Assembly: GCA_965205655.1 (NCBI GenBank)
Contig: CBDBIJ010000137.1
Coordinates: 1-63,973, forward strand
Origin: Candidatus Latescibacterota bacterium
GTDB taxonomy: Bacteria > Latescibacterota > UBA2968 > UBA8231
Direction of reading: 5' to 3'
Length of the DNA stretch: 63,973 nucleotides
Positions 21,160 to 31,098 of the stretch are shown piece after piece. A program made the position numbers and the translations under genes. Every line of letters begins with the position of its first letter. Within the stretch, counting starts at the first letter, position 1. A model generated the notes under the pieces. It was not told where the DNA came from. It saw nothing but the letters and a program-made list of their open reading frames with translations, and ran no database searches.

Positions 21160-21963
21160 TCAGTAAAAGGCGTAGGCTCCGTAGCCGACGACCTCGCCGC
21201 GATTGCCGGCCGTGTCTCCCGAATTGCGCACATCGATGACGTGCGCTCTCATTTCCCGCTTGCTCGCCGCCATCAGCAGACCCTGGATCGGAATGCGGCC
21301 GCACGCCTGCTCGCGTCCGATCACCTCGTGGTCGAGCGCCTCGATGGCGCTGGAGGTCTTGCCGCCGAGTTGCACCGCCGTGTCGTAGTCGTGAAAATGG
21401 CTCAGATCGGAGCTGATCACGATGACGGTTTCGGCGCCTCCCCAAAGGGTGTCGAGCACTTCGTTCATCTGGGCCGCCGTGGCGTCGCCGCCGACGAGCG
21501 GCACGATCGAAAACGCCTCGAGGACCTCCTGCAGGAAGGGCAGGTGCACTTCCACCGTGTGCTCGAAGTCGTGCGCCGCCTCCATGAGCTCCACGCACTC
21601 CAGACCGGCGATTGAGTCGGCGGCAGCCGCATCGACCGGCACCTCACCGAGGGGGGTGGCGAAGGCAGTCGATTGAGGCAGCGCCAGCCCCTCGACAGCG
21701 ACACGGTGAGCCGGCCCGATGATGATGACGCGGCGAACCGTCTCTCGCCCGGAGCGCAGACGCGCGTAGACGGAGGCGGCGATTGGCGCCGAATAGACGT
21801 AGCCGGCGTGCGGTGCGATGATGGCTTTCGGGAAGGAGGCGTGTGTCGGTTCGCCGGCCGCAGTTTCAGCGGCTCGCAGGTACTCCTGTACGGCCGCTGA
21901 CAATTCTTCGGGATCTGCTGGATAGAAGCGGCCCGCCACCGCGGGCTCGCGGACCGTCGTCAA
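21160..21963 (-). CDS. amrB: AmmeMemoRadiSam protein B (MEMO1 family)
   Basis: REPAVAGRFYP, PHAGYVYS, EHTVEV, SSDLSH, VVGYGA. Confidence 0.95.
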   Translation of the reverse strand: MTTVREPAVAGRFYPADPEELSAAVQEYLRAAETAAGEPTHASFPKAIIAPHAGYVYSAPIAASVYARLRSGRETVRRVIIIGPAHRVAVEGLALPQSTAFATPLGEVPVDAAAADSIAGLECVELMEAAHDFEHTVEVHLPFLQEVLEAFSIVPLVGGDATAAQMNEVLDTLWGGAETVIVISSDLSHFHDYDTAVQLGGKTSSAIEALDHEVIGREQACGRIPIQGLLMAASKREMRAHVIDVRNSGDTAGNRGEVVGYGAYAFY

Positions 21964-22078
21964 TCCTCCTACTCCTTCACTCGCGCTCGCGAGGTCGGTA
22001 TATTCATTATGTGATCAAGCCTGGCAAATCCGCATCGGATACTATACTGGCTACGCCATCGGGCGGCAAGCGGGCGCA

Positions 22079-23140
22079 ATGAACCCCCACGTCGTCCCAG
22101 GTCGATACTGGCACCGTCTCGACGATGGCCGCATTCAGTGTGACCTGTGCCCGCGGTTCTGCCGGCTCCGCGACGCTCAGCGCGGGCTCTGTTTCGTCCG
22201 CGCCCGCGAGGGCGACGAGATGGTGCTCACCACCTATGGACGCTCGAGCGGCTTCTGCGTCGACCCCATCGAAAAGAAACCGCTCAATCACTTTCTCCCG
22301 GGCACACCCATCCTCTCTTTCGGAACGGCGGGCTGCAACCTGGCGTGCAAGTTCTGTCAGAACTGGGACATCAGTAAATCGCGCGAGACCGACGCCCTCG
22401 CCGATGCCGCCAGCCCCGAGACCATCGCCCGCGCCGCCCAGCAACTTGGTTGCAGCAGCGTCGCTTTCACCTACAACGACCCCGTCATCTTTCTCGAGTA
22501 CGCCGTGGACGTGGCTCAGGCCTGTCACGAAGTCGGCTTGAAAGCGGTCGCAGTGACCGCCGGCGCGATCTGTCCCGATCCGCGAGTCGAGTTCTACCAG
22601 CACATGGATGCTGCCAATGTGGACTTGAAGGCATTTACCGAGCGCTTCTACAAGCAGATCTGCGCGGCCGAGCTGCAGCCGGTGCTCGAAACACTTGAAT
22701 ACGTCAAGCACGAGACCGACGTCTGGTTTGAGATCACGAACCTGCTCATCCCCGACGAGAACGACTCGGACGCGGAGATCGACGCCATGACACAGTGGGT
22801 GGTGGAGAAACTGGGACCGGATGTTCCCATGCACTTTACCGCCTTTCACCCCGACTGGAAGATGCTGGACAAGAGCCGCACCCCGAGCTCGACCTTGAGC
22901 CGCGCTCGACGGATCGCCGTCGACAATGGTGTTCGCCACGCCTACACCGGAAACGTCCACGACGAGGATGGCGGCAGCAGCTATTGCCACCAGTGCGGCC
23001 ACAAGCTCATCGGGCGCGACTGGTACGTCCTCACCGAGTGGAACCTGACGGCAGACGGCCAGTGCCCGGACTGCGGCGCGCCCGGCACCTGGGGATCCCG
23101 CCGACTGCCGGTGCGCCTCAAGGACTTCGAAGCCGCGTAG
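22079..23140 (+). CDS. amrS: AmmeMemoRadiSam radical SAM enzyme
   Basis: DPIEKKPLNHF, CNLACKFC motif, N- and C-terminal Cys clusters. Confidence 0.95.
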   Translation: MNPHVVPGRYWHRLDDGRIQCDLCPRFCRLRDAQRGLCFVRAREGDEMVLTTYGRSSGFCVDPIEKKPLNHFLPGTPILSFGTAGCNLACKFCQNWDISKSRETDALADAASPETIARAAQQLGCSSVAFTYNDPVIFLEYAVDVAQACHEVGLKAVAVTAGAICPDPRVEFYQHMDAANVDLKAFTERFYKQICAAELQPVLETLEYVKHETDVWFEITNLLIPDENDSDAEIDAMTQWVVEKLGPDVPMHFTAFHPDWKMLDKSRTPSSTLSRARRIAVDNGVRHAYTGNVHDEDGGSSYCHQCGHKLIGRDWYVLTEWNLTADGQCPDCGAPGTWGSRRLPVRLKDFEAA

Positions 23141-23161
23141 AGCTCCGCGATCACCAAATGA

Positions 23162-23193
23162 AAGGCCCTCCACCTTGCTCGGCGGAGGGCCTT
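23162..23193. terminator. hairpin between convergent genes
   Basis: AAGGCCCTCC...GGAGGGCCTT 10-bp stem. Confidence 0.65.
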
Positions 23194-23216
23194 ATTGTGT
23201 TGCGGTTTTCAGTGGC

Positions 23217-23921
23217 TCAGTCCCTCATCCCCCCGCGCAGGATCAGCAGACGGACGAGATGCATGAGCGCCGTCGCCGTGGCAGCGACGTAGGTCAGAGC
23301 AGCGGCGTTCAAAACCTTGCGCGCCAGTACCCCCTCCTGCGGTGCCAGGTAGCGGCCGTCGACGAGCTGAGTCATCGCCCTCGAGCTGGCGTTGAACTCG
23401 ACCGGCAGCGTGATGACCTGGAAGGTGACAACTGCGGCGTAAAACGCGATGCCGATGTCAATGAGACCGGGCATGCTGAAGATGAACCCGACGATAAGCA
23501 GCGGGAAGGCCGCCTTCGAACCGATATTCGCCACCGGCAGAAATGCGTGCCTGAAGTTCAGCGGGAAGTAGCCGTTCGCGTGCTGAACGGCGTGTCCCAC
23601 TTCATGGGCAGCGACCGCCAGGCCGGCGAGATGATGGCCTCTGAAGATCTCGGACGAGAGTCTCACCACCTTGTCCCGCGGATCGTAGTGATCGTTCAAG
23701 ACACCGTCCACTTCTTCGACAGCCACGTCGACGACGCCATTCTCTCTGAGCAGCCGCCTCGCGGTTTCTGCTCCCGACAAACCGGCCGACGAGGCCACCT
23801 TACTGTATTTGGAATAGGTGCGCCGCACCCTGCCCTGGGCGTAGAGAGCCAGGATGATGCAGGGAATCAGGAGCAGCATTGTTTGATCGAAGAAAAAAGG
23901 CACCTCAGTTACCTCCTTCAC
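23217..23921 (-). CDS. neutral zinc metallopeptidase (YugP-like)
   Basis: DHYDP, AAHEVGHAVQH, TLPVEFNAS, AAALTYVA. Confidence 0.92.
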   Translation of the reverse strand: MKEVTEVPFFFDQTMLLLIPCIILALYAQGRVRRTYSKYSKVASSAGLSGAETARRLLRENGVVDVAVEEVDGVLNDHYDPRDKVVRLSSEIFRGHHLAGLAVAAHEVGHAVQHANGYFPLNFRHAFLPVANIGSKAAFPLLIVGFIFSMPGLIDIGIAFYAAVVTFQVITLPVEFNASSRAMTQLVDGRYLAPQEGVLARKVLNAAALTYVAATATALMHLVRLLILRGGMRD

Positions 23922-24057
23922 TATAGAGCATCAACTCTGGATTAATATACGGGCGGGGCCGAAAACGTCACCCCCCCTGCCCGAGAAACTCGATTGACAG
24001 CCGTGTTGACCGTGCGTAATCTGGCAGATCCACGCCGAACCCCGAAAGCCTTCGCCA

Positions 24058-25635
24058 ATGCGCAGCGCCCTGCAGAGACACGGTCTATCAGATCTCGGTC
24101 AGATCTACGAAAACCTGACCGTCGCCCGGCTCTACGAAGAGATTGCCCGCCGCGATGAAGCTGCCATTTCCGCAGACGGATCGGTCGTCGCTCGCACGGG
24201 CGCCTACACCGGGCGCTCGCCCAACGACAAGTTCGTTGTCCGCGAGCCGTCATCGGAGTCGGATGTGTGGTGGGGCGATGTGAACGTACCGTTCGAGCCC
24301 GATCACTTCGATGCGCTCTTCGATCGGGTCGCTTCGCATCTCGAAAATCGCGACGTCTTCGTCCAGGATCTCTACGCCGGCGCCGACCGGGAGTTTCGCC
24401 TCCCGGTGCGAGTGGTCACCGAGCTGGCGTGGCACAGCCTGTTCGCCCGCAACATGTTCATCTGCGAACCCGATCCGGAGCAACGCGCCGCCTTCGAGCC
24501 GGAGTGGCACCTCGTTTATGCCCCCGGGTTCAGCGCTGTGCCCGAACGCGACCACACCCGCTCGGAGGCATTCGTCGTCCTCCATTTCGGCAGGAAGCGC
24601 ATCCTCATCGGCGGCACCAGATACGCCGGCGAGCTCAAGAAGTCCGTCTTCACGCTGTTGAACTACCTGCTGCCGAAGCGGGGCGTCATGAGCATGCACT
24701 GCTCGGCCAACAAGAATGACCGTGGCGAAACCGCCCTCTTCTTCGGCCTCTCCGGCACCGGTAAAACCACCCTGTCCGCGAGTTCTGATTATCAGCTCAT
24801 CGGCGATGATGAACACGGCTGGACGGAGCGGGGCATCTTCAACTTCGAGGGTGGCTGCTATGCCAAGGTGATTCGCCTGAGCCCCGAGGCCGAGCCCGAG
24901 ATCTACGCCGCCTCTCGTCGCTTCGGCAGTATTCTCGAGAACGTCGTCATCGATCCGGAGAGCCGTCAGATCGACCTCGACGACGATGGGCTCACCGAGA
25001 ACACGCGCTCTTCCTATCCCCTCGAGTTTATCCCGAACGCCAGCCCCGACGGTCTCGGAGGCCATCCGACCAACATCGTCATGCTCACCTGCGACGCCTT
25101 CGGCGTCCTTCCACCGGTGGCCAGGCTCACCCCGGAGCAGGCGATGTATCATTTCATATCGGGCTACACCGCCAAGGTAGCCGGCACCGAGCGCGGCGTG
25201 AGCGAACCGACAGCCACGTTCTCACCCTGCTTCGGGGCACCCTTCATGGTGCTCCACCCATCGGCCTACGCCCGTCTTCTCGGAGAGAAAATTCGCCAGC
25301 ACGGCAGCCAATGCTGGCTCGTCAACACCGGCTGGAGCGGTGGCCCCTACGGCGAAGGGGAGCGCATCTCCATCGGCCACACCCGCGCTATCGTCTCGGC
25401 CATCGTCGAAAGACGCTTCGAGGGAGTGTCGTTCGACAGAGACTCTACGTTCGGTTTGGATGTTCCGCGCGAATGCCCGGGGGTTCCGGCTGGCGTGTTG
25501 CAGCCGAGGAGTACGTGGCGCGATCCGGCCGCCTACGACGACAAAGCGCGGGACCTCGTGCGTCGCTTCACCGAGCACTTTGCCGCCTACGAGGATGTGG
25601 CGCCCGAGTTGAAGGCGGCGGGGCCGGCGGTGTAA
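24058..25635 (+). CDS. pckA: phosphoenolpyruvate carboxykinase (ATP)
   Basis: TGRSPNDK, GLSGTGKTT, LIGDDEHGW, NFEGGCYAK. Confidence 0.97.
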   Translation: MRSALQRHGLSDLGQIYENLTVARLYEEIARRDEAAISADGSVVARTGAYTGRSPNDKFVVREPSSESDVWWGDVNVPFEPDHFDALFDRVASHLENRDVFVQDLYAGADREFRLPVRVVTELAWHSLFARNMFICEPDPEQRAAFEPEWHLVYAPGFSAVPERDHTRSEAFVVLHFGRKRILIGGTRYAGELKKSVFTLLNYLLPKRGVMSMHCSANKNDRGETALFFGLSGTGKTTLSASSDYQLIGDDEHGWTERGIFNFEGGCYAKVIRLSPEAEPEIYAASRRFGSILENVVIDPESRQIDLDDDGLTENTRSSYPLEFIPNASPDGLGGHPTNIVMLTCDAFGVLPPVARLTPEQAMYHFISGYTAKVAGTERGVSEPTATFSPCFGAPFMVLHPSAYARLLGEKIRQHGSQCWLVNTGWSGGPYGEGERISIGHTRAIVSAIVERRFEGVSFDRDSTFGLDVPRECPGVPAGVLQPRSTWRDPAAYDDKARDLVRRFTEHFAAYEDVAPELKAAGPAV

Positions 25636-25643
25636 AGGGGTCG

Positions 25644-26408
25644 TCAGCTCCGTGCTTGCCGGGCAGATGGGGTGGCGCGCTCGTCGATCACCTGTACATC
25701 GATCGGACGGTCAGATGACTCTGCCACGCCGGGGGGCAGCTTGAGCGATGCCGGGACCGCCACTCCTGCTGACACGATCATCTGAAACGCCTCCTCAATA
25801 CTGAGCGTCGTGTGTCGCAACTCGTCTCGGGGCACGATGAGCATGAACCCCGTCGTCGGGTTCGGTGCCGTGGGTACGAAGATACTGTGAGCGGGCGTGC
25901 CGCCTTTCTGCATAGGCACGTCGCCGGCGAGGAACCCGAGGGTCCATAGCTCCCTTCGCGGATATTCGAAGAGCACGACTTTTTGGAACCCCGAACCCGA
26001 CTCTGCCGAGGTAAACGTCTCCATCAATTGCCGCACCGGCATGTAGATCGTGCGCACGACGGGAAGCCGCTCGATGGCCTTGCGCGCCTCGGTCAGCACT
26101 CGCCGGCCGACGACATTCGTCGTGATGATGCCTACCAGCCAGACGATCGACACCGTCACGAGGAATCCTGCCCACCAACGATACCAGTCTGGACTGCCGA
26201 GCATGGTGGCGAAGGGCTTGATGAGAGGCCTGGCCACGAGACCGGCGCCCCAGTTGAACAGATTCCACAGCACCCACGCCGTGATTCCGATCGGCGCGAT
26301 GACGGAAATTCCCGCCATCATCGTCCTGCGAAACCGCCGCACTCTGCCCGGCTTTAGGGGGTCTTCGGGAGACGCGATCGAATCCTCTGTATGATGCTCT
26401 TCAGACAT
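25644..26408 (-). CDS. DUF502 membrane protein
   Basis: EYPR and FVPTAPNPTTG motifs. Confidence 0.9.
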   Translation of the reverse strand: MSEEHHTEDSIASPEDPLKPGRVRRFRRTMMAGISVIAPIGITAWVLWNLFNWGAGLVARPLIKPFATMLGSPDWYRWWAGFLVTVSIVWLVGIITTNVVGRRVLTEARKAIERLPVVRTIYMPVRQLMETFTSAESGSGFQKVVLFEYPRRELWTLGFLAGDVPMQKGGTPAHSIFVPTAPNPTTGFMLIVPRDELRHTTLSIEEAFQMIVSAGVAVPASLKLPPGVAESSDRPIDVQVIDERATPSARQARS

Positions 26409-26547
26409 GGTCCTTCAGATGTCTCGACATCGGCGTTTTGCTCTCTTTCGTGGCAGCCGCAACCTACACAGCGGCCTGGACACCTGTCAAGACGACGGTC
26501 GCAACGTCGTTGACACCTCCATGCGCGGGGCTAGTCTGTAAACCTTC

Positions 26548-27261
26548 GTGGCTGACTCCCCTCCCATCGCACTCCTTCTCAGCGGCGGCATGGACTCCGC
26601 CACGTGCTTGTGGTGGGTCCGCTCACAGGGCTCGAGCGAGATCCATACAATCAGCATCGACTATCACCAGCGACATCGCCTCGAGCTCGAGTACGCCGCC
26701 AGGCTTGCCGCCCAAGCCGGGGTTGCGAGCCACAGGCAACTCGAGTTCGACCTCTCCCAGCTCGGCGGATCCCCACTTACCGATGACGCGCTCGCCATAC
26801 CCGACTCCAGTGAAGACCGACAGGCCACTACAGTCGTTCCCTTCCGCAACCTCCTCTTCGTCACCGCTGCGGCGGCCTACGCCGCTACCCGGAATATCGG
26901 CGACATCTACATCGCCCCGGTGCGTGACGATTTTCGCGCCTACCGCGATTGTCGTCGTGAATTCTACGACAGCCTGGAACGGACCCTCAGGCTCGGAGGC
27001 GTCGGCGACGAGTCGATTCACATCCACACCCCTTTCGTCGACAAGTGGAAACGGGAAGTAATCGCCCTCGGGCTCGAGCTCGGCGTTCCGTACGAGAGCA
27101 CGCACACCTGCTACACCGGCCGGCGACCCGGCTGCGTCAGGTGCGACGCGTGTGTCGAGCGCATCGAGGCCTTTCGGGCGAACGGCGCCATCGACCCGCT
27201 CGCCTACGAGATCCCCATCGACTGGAGCCGATCCGCCCGAGCCGGAAAGGCTGCCGAGTGA
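26548..27261 (+). CDS. queC: 7-cyano-7-deazaguanine synthase
   Basis: SGGMDS, YHQRH, VPFRN, YRDCR, TCY..CxxCxxC. Confidence 0.93.
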   Translation: MADSPPIALLLSGGMDSATCLWWVRSQGSSEIHTISIDYHQRHRLELEYAARLAAQAGVASHRQLEFDLSQLGGSPLTDDALAIPDSSEDRQATTVVPFRNLLFVTAAAAYAATRNIGDIYIAPVRDDFRAYRDCRREFYDSLERTLRLGGVGDESIHIHTPFVDKWKREVIALGLELGVPYESTHTCYTGRRPGCVRCDACVERIEAFRANGAIDPLAYEIPIDWSRSARAGKAAE

Positions 27262-27301
27262 TGATCACCCAACAGCAACTCCCCTCAGGAGAACGGATAC
27301 C

Positions 27302-28165
27302 ATGACTTCAGTGCGAGACACCTACAAGTTCGACGAGCTCACCTGGCCGGAGGTGAACGAAGCGGTCGCCATGGGCAAGATCCCGATTCTTCCCACCGGC
27401 TCCGTAGAGCAGCACGGTCACCATCTGCCGCTCAAGGTCGATCACCTCTGCGCCAACGCCGTCGCCACCGAGGCGGCGCGGCTGCGACCCGAGCACAGCC
27501 TCGTGCTGCCGCCGGTGACCTACGGCTACGTCCATCATGTCATGGACTTCCCGGGCTCCATAAACATCCACCACGAGCACTTCGTCCAGTACTGTCTCGA
27601 CATCTGCAAGAGCCTGGCCTATCACGGTTTCAAGAAGATTGTGCTCGTCAACGGCCACGGTTCGAACCACAATCTCGTCGACATGGTGGCGCGGCGGACG
27701 ATCGTGGAGACGGACGCCAGTTGCGTGTTCTGCAGCTGGTGGAAGCTGCTGCAGGTGAACCCCGACTTCAACAGTCAGTGGCGAGAGAGCGTATTCCCAG
27801 GCGGGGTGTCGCACGCCGGGGAGCCGGAGACCTCCATGATCATGCACCTGGCGCCCGAGAGTGTGCGCGAGGAATTGATCAAGACCGAAATTGCCAAGAC
27901 GAACAAGCTCGGCTCCAAATTCGTGTGGTCCGATCTACTCGGCTCCAGCCCCATCGGCCTCATCGAGTGGACGAGCCAGTACAGCGACAGCGGCGTGATG
28001 GGAGAGGCGGAAAAAGCGACGGCGAAGAAGGGACGGATCGTCTTCGAGGAGGCCAGCCGCAACCTGTCGGAGTTTGTCGGCGAATACCACGCCATGAAGA
28101 TCGAGCCACGCACCCGGCATCAGGCGAGCGAACCGACGTTTCCGCTGTCGTTTCCGACAGCTTAG
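27302..28165 (+). CDS. creatininase family amidohydrolase
   Basis: GSVEQHGHHLP, NGHGSN, HAGEPETS. Confidence 0.92.
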   Translation: MTSVRDTYKFDELTWPEVNEAVAMGKIPILPTGSVEQHGHHLPLKVDHLCANAVATEAARLRPEHSLVLPPVTYGYVHHVMDFPGSINIHHEHFVQYCLDICKSLAYHGFKKIVLVNGHGSNHNLVDMVARRTIVETDASCVFCSWWKLLQVNPDFNSQWRESVFPGGVSHAGEPETSMIMHLAPESVREELIKTEIAKTNKLGSKFVWSDLLGSSPIGLIEWTSQYSDSGVMGEAEKATAKKGRIVFEEASRNLSEFVGEYHAMKIEPRTRHQASEPTFPLSFPTA

Positions 28166-28731
28166 GCTGGGGTGAGTTCGTCGGCCTCGAGACGGTAGCG
28201 CTTGCCGCAGGCCTGGCAGGTCAGTTGCTCGTTATCCCGAGGCATTACGACCCCGCACTCACACACCCACCCCTGGAGTCTTCCGGGAACTCCGTAGACG
28301 ACGCCATAGGCTGGCACATCTCGGGTGACGACCGATCCGGCGCCGACAAGGGCGTAGGCCCCGATGGTCACACCGCAAACGATGGTGCAGTTGGCGCCGA
28401 GGCTGACGCCGGTTTGCACGAGCGTCTGCCGGAACTCATCCTTGCGCTCGATGAGGGCCCTCGGATTGATTACATTCGTGAACACCATGGAGGGGCCGCA
28501 GAACACGCCCTCTTCAAGCACCACCCCTTTGTACACGGAAACGTTGTTTTGCAGCTTGCATCCGTCGCCGATCTCCACGTCCCGATCGACGTAGACGTTC
28601 TGGCCCAGGATGCAGCGCTGGCCGATCCGCGAGCCGGCCATGATGTGGGAGAAGTGCCATATCCTGGTGCCAGCGCCGATCTGGCATGGCTCGTCAACGA
28701 CAGCTGTTTCATGGACGAAGTAGTCGCTCAT
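28162..28731 (-). CDS. hexapeptide-repeat N-acetyltransferase (WbpD/WlbB-like)
   Basis: IWHFSH, GPSMVFTNVINPR, C-terminal Cys ribbon. Confidence 0.9.
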   Translation of the reverse strand: MSDYFVHETAVVDEPCQIGAGTRIWHFSHIMAGSRIGQRCILGQNVYVDRDVEIGDGCKLQNNVSVYKGVVLEEGVFCGPSMVFTNVINPRALIERKDEFRQTLVQTGVSLGANCTIVCGVTIGAYALVGAGSVVTRDVPAYGVVYGVPGRLQGWVCECGVVMPRDNEQLTCQACGKRYRLEADELTPA

Positions 28732-28794
28732 TGTCTGGCGGAAATATAGCTTCGCCCCGCTGGGACTTCCACCAACGCAGTGAATGAAAGGTAG

Positions 28795-29766
28795 ATGGAA
28801 ATGAAACTCGTCACGTTTGCGGTAAAGAACGAAGAGAGCATCGGAGCCGTCATCGCCGGCGACAAAATCGTCGTCGATCTCGCCGCGGCCGACAAGGCTC
28901 TGGCCCGCAGTGAAAGGCGCAAGGCGAACGACTTTTTCGACGACATGCTGGCGCTGCTGGAAGCGGGCGGCAAGGGCATGTCAGCTGCCCGCAATGCCGT
29001 GAATGCGGCCGAGAAGAAACTCACCAAGGCGGACGGCAAGGTGACCCACAACCTGAGTCGCGTCAGCCTGCTCGCCCCCAACCCACGCCCGCGCAAGCTC
29101 TTCTGTCTTGCCGGCAACTATCAGGACCACCTCGAGGAAGGCGGCGGCAAGATGGTGGCCCAGGACTACGAGACCCCCTACATATTCATGAAGCCGCCCA
29201 GCACCACCGTCATCGCGCCCGGGGCGAGCATCCTCATCAACCCCATCGCCCAGTCAGTCGACTGGGAGGGTGAGCTCTGTGTCGTCATGGGCCGCAAGGC
29301 CAAAGGTGTCAAAGCGGGCGAGGCGCTGCGTTACGCCGCCGGCTACACCTGCATGAACGACGTGTCCGAGCGCAAGCTCGAGGTCAAGAAGCGGAGCGAT
29401 CCGCGTCCCAAGGACAACTGGTTCGACTGGCTCAACGGCAAGTGGCTCGACACCTTCGCCCCCCACGGACCCTGGATTGTCACTACGGACGATATCCCGA
29501 ACCCGCAGACCCTCGACATCTCCACCTACATCAACGGCGAGCGCAAGCAGCACAACAACACGTCCCAGATGCTGACCCCGGTGGCCAACATCATCGAGTA
29601 CGTCTCCGCCTTCATCACCCTCGAGCCGGCTGACATGATCAGCACCGGCACCATCTCCGGCGTCGGGGCGACGACGGGGACCTACATGAAAAAGGGTGAT
29701 CTCGTGGAGGTGGCGATCTCGCAGATCGGCGTTCTGCGCAACAAAGTTGGCACAAGCCGGAAGTAG
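28795..29766 (+). CDS. fumarylacetoacetate hydrolase family protein
   Basis: FMKP, DWEGEL, NDVSER, GKWLDTF, TGT. Confidence 0.93.
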   Translation: MEMKLVTFAVKNEESIGAVIAGDKIVVDLAAADKALARSERRKANDFFDDMLALLEAGGKGMSAARNAVNAAEKKLTKADGKVTHNLSRVSLLAPNPRPRKLFCLAGNYQDHLEEGGGKMVAQDYETPYIFMKPPSTTVIAPGASILINPIAQSVDWEGELCVVMGRKAKGVKAGEALRYAAGYTCMNDVSERKLEVKKRSDPRPKDNWFDWLNGKWLDTFAPHGPWIVTTDDIPNPQTLDISTYINGERKQHNNTSQMLTPVANIIEYVSAFITLEPADMISTGTISGVGATTGTYMKKGDLVEVAISQIGVLRNKVGTSRK

Positions 29767-29835
29767 GCGGGCCTGCGAAAAGCCAGTCTCTTCTTCGTCA
29801 CGGTCGCCCACTTCCTCGTAGACAGCTACGCGACG

Positions 29836-30927
29836 ATGCTGGCGCCCGTGCTGCCACTCATCGTCGACCGACTCGGAATCGGACTCGCGTCCGCCGCCTT
29901 TTTCGGCACCGCCTTTTCGCTGGCCAACCTGACGCAGCCGCTGCTGGGACTATGGGCCGACCGCCAGGCACGCCGCTGGCTCGTTCCGGCGGGCCTGGCG
30001 TTGACGGCTTTGTCCATGCCGCTGTTGGGAATCGCCTCCGGCTACTGGTCTCTCGTCTTGATTGTCACGGCCTGTGGTCTCGGCGTCGCCGCATTCCATC
30101 CGCAGGTCGCCTCCCTCGTCGGTGACTTGAGCGGCGCTCGCCGTTCCTTCGGCATTTCCATCTTCATCTTCGGGGGGACGCTCGGACTGGGTACCACCCC
30201 GTTCTGGATTCCCGCCTTCGCCGAGGAGATCGGACTGGGGCTGCTGCCGCTGATGACCGCGCCGGGGCTCGTCCTCTGCGCGGTGCTGCTGCGCTTCGTG
30301 CCTCTGAACAACCCCCACCACTCGAGCCGCATTGGCATGACGTTCAGGGCAAGTTTCGACGGGAGAGGATGGGCCCTTGCCTACCTCGCTTTCGTCGTAA
30401 CCCTGCGGTCGATCAGCACGTTCGGCATCGGCTACTTCCTCACCCTACTCTACAGGGACAGGGGCTTTGGACTCGTAGAGGGAGCCGTTCCCCTCGGCAT
30501 CTACAATATCTCCGGCGTTGTGGGCGGCCTCATTCTCGGCTACTGTGCCGACCGGGTGAACCCCAAACCACTTGTCTGGGGATCCATTCTACTCTCCGGT
30601 CCGGCCCTGTTCGGTTTTCTTCACACGGACGGTGTGACCAGCTACGTCCTGCTCGCGCTCGGCGGCGCCCTCCTCATCGGGTCCAATCCGCTCACCGTCG
30701 CCATGGCTCAGGAGATCGCCCCGAAGAACGCCGCCCTCGCTTCCGCCCTTCCTCTCGGGTTCAGTTGGGGAATCGCCGGACTCATCCTCTTGCCCATCGG
30801 GTATGTCGCGGACCGCATAGGACTCCCCAACACCCTGACCTATCTCGCCATTCTGCCGCTGCTGACCGGCCTGCTCGCTCTGCGATTGCCTTCCCCCACG
30901 CCACGCCGTCCTGAGCCGCTGACATAA
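29836..30927 (+). CDS. MFS transporter (Fsr-like); frame is open upstream to about 29773
   Basis: HFLVDSY just upstream in frame; QPLLGLWADR, AAFHP; multiple TM helices. Confidence 0.88.
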   Translation: MLAPVLPLIVDRLGIGLASAAFFGTAFSLANLTQPLLGLWADRQARRWLVPAGLALTALSMPLLGIASGYWSLVLIVTACGLGVAAFHPQVASLVGDLSGARRSFGISIFIFGGTLGLGTTPFWIPAFAEEIGLGLLPLMTAPGLVLCAVLLRFVPLNNPHHSSRIGMTFRASFDGRGWALAYLAFVVTLRSISTFGIGYFLTLLYRDRGFGLVEGAVPLGIYNISGVVGGLILGYCADRVNPKPLVWGSILLSGPALFGFLHTDGVTSYVLLALGGALLIGSNPLTVAMAQEIAPKNAALASALPLGFSWGIAGLILLPIGYVADRIGLPNTLTYLAILPLLTGLLALRLPSPTPRRPEPLT

Positions 30928-30972
30928 AAAAAACCCCCTGCCGTAGGCCGTTGCCGGACTACAGGCGGGGGG
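30926..30972 (-). terminator. intrinsic terminator
   Basis: CCCCCCGCCTGTAGTCCG-GCAA-CGGCCTACGGCAGGGGG followed by T8. Confidence 0.85.
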
Positions 30973-31040
30973 CTGCCCTAAGGAGGATTAGGAGGTTTTG
31001 CAAGCTCGGTACGGATCAGCGTGTTCCGCGCCGAGCCTAT
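30926..31040 (-). ncRNA. candidate sigma28-dependent sRNA with two anti-SD CCUCCU motifs
   Basis: Own promoter, 5' hairpin, single-stranded AAAACCUCCUAAUCCUCCUU, terminator with U8. Confidence 0.6.
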
Positions 31041-31046
31041 CTATAG

Positions 31047-31073
31047 TTTTCGGCACGCCGGAGCCGAGGTTGA
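31047..31073 (-). promoter_or_regulatory. sigma28-type promoter
   Basis: TCAA-N15-GCCGAAAA. Confidence 0.6.
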
Positions 31074-31098
31074 GATAATTGTGCTCCGAGTTCATAAC

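Noticed and set aside
26548..27261. queC as part of a defence (Qat/Dpd) system
   Set aside because: Canonical short QueC in a housekeeping context, with no ATPase, TatD or dpd genes.
30980..31080. plus-strand AGGAGG pair as RBS for a small ORF, or as a CsrA sponge
   Set aside because: The start codon is poorly spaced and there is no plus-strand promoter. Promoter and U-tract polarity both favour a minus-strand RNA.
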